A stretch of DNA of 64,000 nt from Hormiphora californensis (taxonomy: Eukaryota > Animalia > Ctenophora), in NCBI GenBank assembly GCA_020137815.1, contig CM035352.1, positions 1 through 64,000 of the forward strand, written 5' to 3'. The notes below the pieces were generated by a model, which was given only the letters and a program-made list of their open reading frames with translations, was not told where the DNA came from and did not search any database. This document shows positions 10,740-21,499 of this stretch, one piece after another. A program made the translations under genes and the position numbers. The number at the start of each line of letters is the position of its first letter. Within the stretch, counting starts at the first letter, position 1.

Positions 10740-11587
10740 GATCTCTCCCCTTCCTTCTCGCCCTTGCATCAATCATTGAATATGTCCTAAACGTGTTAAA
10801 CATAACGGTATGATAGACGATGTGGTAATGGATGCTTCAGCATGTATATTTACAAATACGTTGGACGTTGGTCGAATGGAATATATAGGTTACAGCCGAG
10901 TGGTCCACGGTTCGAATCACATTGATCACAAAAACTGTGACATGCTATGGTATCGCAAAATTTCACGAAAAGTAGGTTACACTTTTATAGACGTTTTTAA
11001 TATATTTTGGTTCAATACATTTCACTTCAGAACCGTTTACTAGCGATTTAGACTCCAAGCGTCCTGGACGCTCGGGCCCTTTAAAACTGTGTGTATAGCG
11101 CGCACCTCCCAATGCTTACAACACCCTACTTCGCTAGGCGCCGTGCGTCTTGAACGCTCTCGGTCAATCATCCCACATCCGAGTTGATATTTCAAAAAAG
11201 AGTTGCTTGCGGAGTAAAAACTTCACGCGCGCGAGACTAAAAATTCAGCGGAGAAATCGAAAATTATCCGCGCGCGACCAAAAATGCATCTGATGATTTT
11301 TTCTTATCTCTTTTCCCGAAAAAAAAAATCTGTGCGTTCATGAACGCACAGACGCACGGTCAGCTCCGCCTCTGGAAGTCACCTCCGATAATCAAGTCGA
11401 GACCGCACCATGAGGCCAGGTCTCCAAGGGCCCCGGGCAACGGTTCACCAGATGCCCAGTAAACACAACATACCACCAGTTTGTCAGTTTGTCAGTTTGT
11501 CTCTCTTCACCACGACCATGTCTGCGGAACTGAATTGAGGTATTTGCCTTAAGCCCGATCCTTTTGTGATGACGGTTGATCTTATTC

Positions 11588-12167
11588 GGTGGGCGGACTC
11601 TAGTGCTACACTCTAAGTCTACAGTGGACTCTATATCTAAATTTAGATTTAGATAAAGAGTCCAAATAAGTCTAAACTCTAGGAGGACTCTATCTCTAAA
11701 AAGTCTAAACAGGGCGGACTCTTTATCTAAAAAGTCTACAAAGAGCGGACTCTATATCTACATAAATCTAAATTAGACATAGAGTCCGCCATTCTCAGCG
11801 AACTCGAGATTTCGGCCGTTAGGCCGGAAACGAGAGTTTGCTGTACCTCTATACTAATTGAGAAGTGTTAGGGCCATTATTTGGGTTCGAGGTTAGGGTT
11901 AGGGTTATGGTTAGGGTTAGGTTTTGGGTTGGTTTAGGAATTTAGACATAGAGTCCGGGTTGGGGGATTTGGCGCCAAAACGTACCAGGGGACTCTATGT
12001 CTAAAAAGTCTACACAGGGCGGACTCTATATCTAAAAAGTCTAAACTGGGCGGACTCTTTATCTAAACTTTTTTCAAAGTCTAACTGTAGATAAAGAGTC
12101 CGGTTTTAGATATAGAGTCCGCCTTGAGTTTAGATAAAGAGTCCGTTAGCACTAGAGTCCGCCCACC
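11588..12167. mobile_element. GGTGGGCGGACTCTAG-TIR MITE (copy 2, intact, 580 bp)
   Basis: Perfect 9-bp TSD ATCTTATTC (11579-11587 / 12168-12176); internal GGACTCTATATCTAAA repeats and a TTAGGG-like run. Confidence 0.92.
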
Positions 12168-12272
12168 ATCTTATTCTGCCCCCGTTGGATCCAACATGGC
12201 TAGTGAGGGCGCCGAACCCGTCCGCTTTCAGTCCCTGACCTTTTATAGGTGGTTCTGTAACCAGGGCAATAT

Positions 12273-13315
12273 GGGTACCGGACAGAAACTCGAACGGACG
12301 ATAACTCGAACTCGAACTCGAAAATTTCGGACTATAACTCACTTTTGAAAATGTCGAATTTAGGTGAGTTATAGTCCGGATCAGGTGACTTTCTGTCCGC
12401 CCCACTGTTTAGCACTATTTACGGTGAGTTAGAGTCCGGGCGGACACTAACTCACCTGTTCGAGTTGTGGGGGACAAGGTGAGTTTCTGTCCGCTAAAAA
12501 TGTCGAAATTCGACTTTTTGTCCGCCCTCTAAACTCACAAATTCGGACTACAACTCACTTTTAATAGACAGGGGGAACAAGAGTGACAGGGAAAGGGCGG
12601 GAAAATATGTGAGTTTTGTCCGCTTAAATAGCGAATTTCGATTTTCTGTCCGGACTAGAACTCACTTCATGTACAGAGAGAAAAAGGCGGGAAGACATGG
12701 CGGCGTCGTTGGCAGAGAGAGGGATGCAAAGTTGTAGAGAGAGCCTGACACAGAGAGAGAGGGGAGAAAGGGCGGGCTAGTTCAGTTCTCGTTGTTCACT
12801 CATACATTGGTTGAGCTCGCTTTCTTTGCGTCAAAGCCCCCCGGGTTTAATTCCCATCAGGGGACCGGTCTTTATCCAAGGGTCTCTTTCATAAAGCAGT
12901 GGCTATATTCCTCCCAATCTTTTCCCAACCCAGCCTAGCTGCATGCTGCAGTGCTCTCCACTCGGACCCCCCACCCTTCACTGAAATTTTCACAAAAAAG
13001 AAAAAGATCAGAGGGGGAAGAAGATGGAGAGACAAAGAGAGTGTTTTCACTGCATGGTTTTTTTTCCCCCCCAATCTGTTTTCCCCACCTGCTATAGTAC
13101 CCACCTATCCTCGACAATCTGTCACAGCGAGACCTACTGATTGTGGATCCTTCCTCCTTATCGACACCATACCCACTATGCTACTACGACTCAAGACTTC
13201 TCTCTACTGAGTCCAGTCCGATCCTACAATATGACTCCATCAGCTGTGACTCCTCATCATCTTCTCTGTTAACAGATTTTGGATTTTCTAGCTTCTGAAG
13301 AGCAGCACGGAGAGA

Positions 13316-13405
<90 letters not shown>

Positions 13406-13872
13406 GGGAGGTAGATGAAGGGAGATATAGAAAGGGATGGGAGATGGGTTTTACAATTGTATTTATGTCAACCATACAACTTGTTTCTCTTGTAATAATG
13501 ATAGCTAGCACAAAAAACTCAAAAATTCTGTTTCAAACAGAATTTTTGAGTGTTTGGAAACCTATTTCATCGGCCGGACAGAAACTCACCTGTCATGGAA
13601 AATGAAAATGTCACCAGAATTTTCGACATTTTCGTAGTTTTAGCAAGTGAGTTTCTGTCCGCCAACTCGAAACAAAATTCGAGTTAGTGTCCGCATAACT
13701 CACCTAGGTGAGTTTAAATTTCGAGATTTTGTCCTAGCTATCGACTTTTTGTCCTAGCAAAAAGTCGAAAATAATGCGGACAGAAAGTCACCAGAAAAAA
13801 AATGTCGACGCCAATTTTCGGACAATAACTCACTTTCGAGTTACTGTCCAGGTGAGTTACAGTCCTAAAGCC
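12273..13872. mobile_element. Merlin-like non-autonomous element (copy 2, inverted relative to copy 1)
   Basis: 8-bp TSD GGCAATAT (12265-12272 / 13873-13880); GG...CC termini. Confidence 0.9.
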
Positions 13873-14468
13873 GGCAATATCGGCTTCATTGTGTTCTAAT
13901 CTGATCCTAATCTCAGTTGCAGCTACAGTGGTCTTTCTACAGTTGTGCTGGATGAACTTCATATTGGAGATAGGATGGTAATTGGTACTGGTAGGTGAAA
14001 CGATGTTGAGTGAGGTGATGAGAAAGTTGAGGTATTAAAATAATAGTGGTTTGTGAGATTACTGTGAGAACACCCTGTATTAATAAATAGTAAAATCTGA
14101 GGCTCGCACAGTTGGAGGGGAATGATGTTACTGAAACACAAGGATTTGATCTATAAGAGATATCAACTTCAGTTGGCTCTTAAGTGGGTATTTTTTAAGA
14201 GGGGCCCTTTGTTTCTCAGATCATTGGGTGCATGGTGACAAAGTATTGAAAATTGATCCGGCCAAGAGTGAGAGATGACGGTGTTTATGGTAAATATGGG
14301 GAGTTGAATAAGCTGGATGTGGGAGACTAAACAACAACAAAAACGGGGCATGTGTATATGTGACCTAATCGTTGAAATGGGTGAGGTTAGGAGTCTGCAA
14401 AGGGCGGACTCTTTATCCAAACTTTTTTCAAAGTGTAAGTGTAGATAAAGAGTCCACTTTTAGATATA

Positions 14469-16270
14469 CAGGGTGTCCCACTGTCTTTGCATCACCTGCG
14501 ATTTTGGGTCATGACCGGGCTCCATTAAACGAACCAAAACTGATCGAAAAATTGGTCAAAATGGTTCTAACAAAAAACAGTGTTCTAGAGAATTGTCTGG
14601 CGAACATTTTGGTTGCAAGATTGACTTTCCAAGTCTTACCAATCGTCAGATATATCGTCGTAAAGTCAAAATTACGTGTTCATGAAATCCGACCGGGGTT
14701 CACGTTTTGAAAAATTCACAAGTGCAAAATTGTTCGGATCACATTGAATTCCTCATAAGAGTTGTAGGAAATTGTCTGGCGGTCATTTTGGTACCCGGGT
14801 TTTTATCCTAGCTCAATGTTTAGAATGTCTTGTGAATGTCAGAACTGGAATTTTCCCAAAAGTGGTCTCAGGTATCGCATTGCATTTTGCCCTGTTATGA
14901 AGCTCATAGCTGCTTGAATAACATCTTAGTGTATGATAGGGTTGAGATAGACCACTTGCGTATCCTACACATTAACAGGGGCCTTGCCAAATCGTCATAA
15001 CAACCCTGTCAAGTGTCTAGATGAAATTGAGACGATATGTGCTGATTATCATGGGATTACACACGACACCGAGCCACCTAATTAGGGGTTGTGAGCCGAT
15101 ACCAACTAAGACTCAGCATAGAAAAATCTTCATGTTCCTACAGTCATAACGCAACTTAAACGTAGAGCTATGGAAAAAACCATGGTATCAAGATGAACCT
15201 TAGAAGATTCCAATGAAGCTCTTGTAAATTTCAAATCATTTTACCCATTTGTTGAGGACACGTGATCCCCTCAAAAATGCTGGTTGAATTTCGTCTTTAG
15301 GCTATAAGCATACTGATCGTGATGATCATAATCAGTTAAAAAGATGAAGTGTGCTCATGGTTTTGATCATCATCATCTGCAAAAAACTACAGTGTGCGGA
15401 ACATTATGATCATCACGTAAGAGCTGGCCCTGGAGCCGTCTCTTAAGTTGGATGATGATCATCAACACCTAGTGTGCGCAGGTTTTGATCTTATTCTTGT
15501 GGAGGGCTGCACTGTAGTCATGTGATATGTACCACGTGGTACGACTTCGCGCGCGCGAGAGGCTGTTGTACAGGTCACGTGATATGCAACAGCCTCTCAG
15601 AGCGCGCGACTAGGCAAGGGGGAGCTCCCGGGAGATAGCATCATCATGCTGAGCACACTGGTCATGATGATCATGATCTAAAGGCAAGTTCCAGCAAGTT
15701 GAGCATGGTTTATGATGATCAAACGTGAGCACACTATGGTTCATGATGATCAAACGTGAACACACTATGGTTTGAGAACATCATGATGCATCAAGCCTCC
15801 ATCATGATGATAACCATCAGTGTGTGCGCTCCTTTGATGGTGACCATCAAAACGTCCGCACACTGACCTGATTATGATCATCACGATCAGTATGCTTATA
15901 GCCTAAGACAGTCATAAGACACTCTAAAAATTGAGTTAGGACAAAAACCCGGGTACCAAAATGACCGCAAGACAATTTCCTACAACTCTTATGAGGGATG
16001 CAATGTGATCCGAGCAACTTTGCACTTGTGAATTTTTCAAAACGTGAACCCCGGTCGGATTTCGTTAACACGTAATTTTGACTTTACGACGATATATCTG
16101 ACGATTGGTAAGACTTGGAAAGTCAATCTTGCAACCAACATGTTCGCCAGACAATTCTCTAGAACACTGGTTTTTGTTAGAACCATTTTGACCAATTTTT
16201 CGATCAGTTTTGGTTAGTTTAATGGAGCCCGGTCATGACCCAAAATCGCAGGTGATGCAAAGACACCCTG
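14469..16270. mobile_element. Tc1/mariner-type MITE with ~350-bp TIRs
   Basis: TA|CAGGGTGTC...GACACCCTG|TA; long inverted arms ~14483-14830 vs ~15920-16265. Confidence 0.85.
15300..15903. mobile_element. Nested TIR element (PIF/Harbinger-like) rich in ATGATGATCA motifs
   Basis: GGCTATAAGCATACTGATCGTGATGATCATAATCAG inverted at both ends; TTA/TAA flanks. Confidence 0.55.
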
Positions 16271-16366
16271 TAGAGCCCGCCTTGGGTTTAGATAAAGAGT
16301 CCTTTAGCACTAGAGTCCGCCCACCTGTCGCGTCGGAGTAGAATCACATCCGCAGTACCAATTGTA

Positions 16367-16620
16367 CAGTCGGACCCCGATTTAGTGGCATCCTCGGGGA
16401 AGAAAATCCTGCCACTAAATCGGGATGCCACTAAATCGGGGTAAATCATATTTGGCGCATAAAAACTTATTATAGTTCTTGTGTTTATTGGACAAGTTAG
16501 ACTCGCTGGATATTATTGGATGAAACCAGATATTTCGGTGTTTAACACCATCATCAGTAGTAGCTAAAAATAGAACATATTAGGAATAGGAATCAAAATC
16601 GAAATTCATATCAAAACAAT
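16367..16620. mobile_element. Truncated pogo-like MITE (CAGTCGGACCCCGATTT family)
   Basis: TA|CAGTCGGACCCCGATTTAGTGGC left end only. Confidence 0.65.
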
Positions 16621-16657
16621 CACGTACTCTCTATCTCTCTCACTCTCACTCTCTATA

Positions 16658-16733
<76 letters not shown>

Positions 16734-16867
16734 ACTCTCTCTACTCAACTCACAAACTCTATCTCTCACTCTCTCCCCCTCTCTCTCACTCATTCTCACA
16801 TCAGATCAGATATACATAAATTCAGATTGTACTATACACAGAGCTATGACGAGTAGTCTAGGACTTA

Positions 16868-17154
16868 TCAACTATTACTGACTAGGAAGCCTAAAGCACT
16901 CTCACACTCTTTCTTGTTGTTCAGAGTAGGTTTCAATTGTTGTATGAAATCAGCTTCACTAATTTTTCTCTGTATCGTTCTCGAAAGATTCGATTTCAGT
17001 ATTTCCAAACTTAAAATAGGGGTACTACCCTCGTGTGTCTCTTTATAGTGTGTCGCAAATGCGTTGTTCTGGTATGATGTTGATGTGGGGTTGATCGCCG
17101 CCCGCCGATGTTCTAGCATCCGGTCATGTATTGGGCGTGCGGTCTCACCCACAT
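16868..17154 (-). pseudogene. Penelope-like element GIY-YIG endonuclease, C-terminal fragment
   Basis: HVGETARPIHDRMLEH...AFATHY...RKISEADFIQQLKPTLN fits the PLE YIGET..R..EH...E...I....P.LN pattern; cut by the element starting at 17155. Confidence 0.85.
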
Positions 17155-17385
17155 GGGGGGATCCCATGGTATACTTTGGTATACTTTGGTATATGGAAAA
17201 TCCCAAAAAAATATGTGGAAAGTACCAAAGTATACCAAAGTATACCATATCTTTTTAATAACTTTAAAGTACTTTAAAGTGTTAATTTACAACAGTTTAT
17301 AACATTTTATATAAACTTTCTTGACTCATAAAATTGGACAATGGTGCTAAATAGGCTAAATTCATAGAATCGAGGGAAAATATTA

Positions 17386-18162
17386 GGGTAAACCGGGGCA
17401 ATTCGAACAACTGGGGCAATTCGAACATAGTACTGCCCGTCTCTCACCTAGTTAAGCTATCATAATGACGTCATCCTATCTCCAGAAGAAAACTGCTCGT
17501 TCGAGCCTGCCCGTTACCACTAAATAGGCTCTAGATCCGGTTTAAGTTGGTCAATTTCCGATTTGAAAAAACCAGCTGAAAGCTAATAATATCAGCTTTC
17601 AGATGGTATAAAAATTATTTAAATATTCGCATGTTTTCATTCCAAATTCTGGTAAATTAAGATTACCGGGGCAATTCGAACAACCGGGGCAATTCGAACA
17701 TGGGCAATTTGGTTAACACACCGGGGCAATTTGGTTAACTCCCGGGCCAATGATGTACAGTTCTTTGCACCACGTGATCACGCGTGATACCGGGGCAATT
17801 CGAGCAAGAACGACCAGCGTGTAGATTGCGTGTAGATTACATTGTTCGAATTGCCCCCACCTCTAACAACACCAGGCGGGAATCTTCTTCTGGTGTTGTG
17901 AGGACGTTCACGTGACTCCCACGTGACGAAATAAAGCACTCCTATTGGTGATGCTCGAATTGCCCCGGTACCAATTTTTCCGACCAAAATTTTTCAATTA
18001 GTTATTTAGTTAAGTAAATGATGGTCCCTATAGTTGAAATTTATCTTATTTGAAAGATAAAATAATGAACTTTAATCCTATATAATTTTTTTCATTGTAT
18101 CTTTTTTTAAATGGGAGTGAGAACCGATTAAGTAAAGTTAACCATTTTGCCCCGGTTTACCC
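17386..18162. mobile_element. TA-flanked MITE, GGGTAAACCGGGGCAA family (copy 1)
   Basis: TIRs plus TA flanks; near-identical inverted copy at 47790-48568. Confidence 0.9.
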
Positions 18163-18390
18163 TACCTATAAAATGGTGAGTCAGAAAACTGGGGTTTGAC
18201 AAATTGAGACCCATTTGAGTATGATAAAAAAACTTTAAAAAGTCAAGAAAATGTTCAAATAGTATTTGGTAAAGTCTCCAAAAATTTTTCAAAAATTGCC
18301 TTCACCGGGAATCGAACCCTGAGTGGCAAGCCTTGAGCACTAGCCGGATGATGTAACAAAAACGTAAAAATCGGTTTAATAAGCGTTACA

Positions 18391-19498
18391 CCGCGCGGCC
18401 CAAAAAAAACTAAGGGTACGTTGGCCTTCTTTTCTCACAGAAGTTTAATTTCGATCACTCTGATATTTTGTCACAACATTTGTATGGTTACTCATTCGAG
18501 GAATCCGGAGTTTCAAAACATAAAAGTTTGAAGTTCATGAATGAACCCAATTTCTCGTTTTTCGGGTTTTTCCAAGTTTTCTCATGGTTAAATTCGATTT
18601 TATTCTTAAAAATAGCAACCATGCATTAGAGTAAACAATAATAAATGGCAATCCGAGTTTTTATTAAAAATGAATCAAGTTTAGTTGGTGAAATAAATGA
18701 TTAAAAATGGTCATTTTTACCAAACATCGATTTTAACCGATTTTGACAAGAAATTGGTAAATTCAGGCGCTAAAAATTCGTACGGCCATTACACTTGATC
18801 GATTTTGATGTTAGCTAGAATTTCGGCTCTCTATCTAAAAATTCATTTTTACGACTGGAATGAATCCTAAATGAACTTGAAAACAAAAAAGGTATTCCAA
18901 ACCGGAATTTCACAGTCGCCTTCGGGTAACGATTTCCTTTCAAACGCGACTAATTTTAGCTCAATTGGACCACCACAAGAGACACAGTGGCCACTTTTCC
19001 GACACTAGGTCTGGCCAAGTGACCCCTAATGGACCGCTAGCGTCATTACTAAGTGCCAATAAGCAGGTTTAACGGTCGCGTATCACGTATCACATCTGCT
19101 AATTAGGACGGTATACCGATACAGCGTCCGTTAGAATGTAAGTTCTCTTGCTAACACGTCATAATTTGATGGGGATCACATGACCCAACCTAGGCTAGGT
19201 AAACTGGTCACTGTGATTCTTGGGGTGATCCAATTAAGCTCAAACTGGTCGCGTTCGAAAGAAAATCGGTAGCCAAACAAATTTGTAAAACTTTGATACC
19301 AAAATATGGTCCCGTTTTGGCGTTCATTAAATGTTCATTCGGGCGAAAAAAATGAATTTTCATCCAGAGGGCTGAAACTCCGGATTCCTCGAATGAGTAA
19401 CCATACAAATATTGTGACAAAATATCAGAGTGATTGAAATTAAATTTCTAGGAGAAAAGAAGGCCAACGTACCCTTAGTTTTTTTTTGGGCTGCGCGG
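18391..19498. mobile_element. MITE, CCGCGCGGCCCAAA TIR family
   Basis: ~125-bp TIRs; related element at 57477-62393. Confidence 0.8.
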
Positions 19499-19717
19499 TA
19501 TTACCAACTTATAAAGAAATAAGGATGTAGTTTTACAAATTTAGTCATTTATGTTAACTTATCGCTTAAATTTTACCTTTTTTAAAATTTTTATGGTATA
19601 CTTTGGTATACCTTGGTATACTTTGGTATACTTTGGTATACTTTGGTATATGGAAAATCGCTGAAAAAGTTGTGGAAAGTGCCAAAGTATACCAAAGTAT
19701 ACCATGGGATCCCCCCC

Positions 19718-19960
19718 GATTGGGAAGGCCAGGAAAGGACCATGAAGGACAGAGAAATACAGGGAAGGACAGTACAGAACAGTAAAAGACAGGGAAAGAC
19801 AGCGAAGGATAGGGAATGACAGGGAAGGATAGAGAAGGACAGGGAAGGATAGCGATGGATAGGGAAGAACAGGGAAGAACAGGGAAAGACAGTGAAGAAC
19901 AGGGAAGTACAGGGAAGGACAGGGAAGGACAGGAAAGGATTGGGAAGGACAGGGAAGGAC
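19718..19960. repeat. 10-bp satellite (CAGGGAAGGA)n
   Basis: Repeating ACAGGGAAGG-like units. Confidence 0.85.
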
Positions 19961-20035
19961 CCCCGTTCGAAAATTCAAAATTTGCCAACCAATTGGAAAG
20001 AAATGTCTCCCAGGATGCTGATTTTTTTAACGAGA

Positions 20036-20699
20036 ATGCTGATTTTTACAATTCAAAAATTTCATCTACATATTATGTGCTGAAAATTCTGCTGAAAATA
20101 TAGGTGGTGCAGTGAATGTGAAAGACTGAAGAGTGAGAGAGAGAGATATCTGGGGATATTATGTGCTGGTTGTGTGTGACAGAGAGACAGAATATGCTGG
20201 GGAATGTTCCAGTTTTGCGTAATGCACCGACAACAGTTTTCAGCACGATTTTCAGCAGATTGGTTGAAATGGATAATGTTTTAATTATGCACTGAACTGC
20301 TGTAGACATCACCCACTCACTTCATACACACACAAACACCCACACAACTTGTGTGGGTGAGCACTGCTGATTTTTACAATTCAAAAATTTCATCTACATA
20401 TTATGTGCTGAAAATTCTGCTGAAAATATAGGTGGTGCAGTGAATGTGAAAGACTGAAGAGTGAGAGAGAGAGATATCTGGGGATATTATGTGCTGGTTG
20501 TGTGTGACAGAGAGACAGAATATGCTGGGGAATGTTCCAGTTTTGCGTAATGCACCGACAACAGTTTTCAGCACGATTTTCAGCAGATTGGTTGAAATGG
20601 ATAATGTTTTAATTATGCACTGAACTGCTGTAGACATCACCCACTCACTTCATACACACACAAACACCCACACAACTTGTGTGAGTGAGCACTGCTGAT
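20036..20699. repeat. 328-bp near-identical tandem duplication
   Basis: Identical ORFs at 20073 and 20401 (offset 328). Confidence 0.9.
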
Positions 20700-21499
20700 A
20701 ATAAGAGCCCTGTCTATACGCCTAATCTGTTCAGATAGCAATAAAACACAAGGATTGTTGCTATCCGAGATTCCTGATATAAAGATACGCCAATTCGAAT
20801 AGTACTGTGGGTATGTGCCTAGATTAATCGAACCCAGTGGATTCCCTTGGTAACTCCCATGTTAAACAAGGAAATGAAACTGGGGGGTTGGAGTTACCTC
20901 ATATATCAGTACGGCAAATAATATCTTTGTATCAGAATTCTCAGAATTAAAATTGGGGGTATAAGGGATTGATTTACGTTTATATTTAAATTTGGTTTAA
21001 AATGGTCCCGTTTTCAACACGATTTTTTAGCAGATTGGGTTTAACCGGTCGGCGAAAAAGAGAGAGGAGAGAGCCAAATTTAATTGGGAATGGGAATGGG
21101 ATGAATCTCTCAATCTCCCCCTTTTCCCCCCCCCTAAAACTGTTTTTTCGGGCACTACCACAAATGGCGGGCCCAAACCCAAAAACATATTTTCCATCTC
21201 CCTCCCCTCTCCCCCCCCCCCCTCTCCCTCTCTCCCCTCCTCTCTCCCCTCTCCTCATCTCTCTCTCTTTTCTCTTTTCTCTCTCCCCCTCTCTCTCCCT
21301 CTCCCCCATTCCCCTCTTGGGGAATTTTTTCCCCCCCAAAATTTTTTTAAAAATTTTTCTCTCTTTTTTTTTTTAAATTTTTCGCCATTTGGGGTAAAAA
21401 AAGAAAAGGGAAAAAGGGGCTAAAATGCTGAAAAATTTTCTTATTTTGATCAGGATGCTTTCCAGTTTAAAACTATAGTAGACCAAAAATTCGATTTTG

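Larger units (their letters stand above)
11375..13962 (-). pseudogene. N-terminal APE domain of an R1/I-group LINE ORF2, split by two MITEs and cut by the hAT
   Basis: MKFIQHNCRKTT...EADIA | LVTEPPIK...GGRI | RSTVITKG...FSSADMVVV...VCCVYW...LIIGGDF reassembles after removing 12273-13872 and 11588-12167. Confidence 0.75.
14401..16325. mobile_element. Right-hand fragment of a third GGTGGGCGG MITE, interrupted by 14469-16270
   Basis: GGGCGGACTCTTTATC...TTTTAGATATA resumes as TAGAGCCCGCC...GAGTCCGCCCACC at 16271-16325. Confidence 0.75.
17155..19717. mobile_element. TIR element GGGGGGATCCCATGGTATACTTTGG with two nested MITEs
   Basis: ~90-bp inverted ends with GGTATACTTT repeats; no clear TSD. 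Confidence 0.7.

Noticed and set aside
18298-18345. tRNA gene (GGTTCGATTCCCGG on the minus strand)
   Set aside because: Only a B-box/T-arm-like motif; no cloverleaf can be built.
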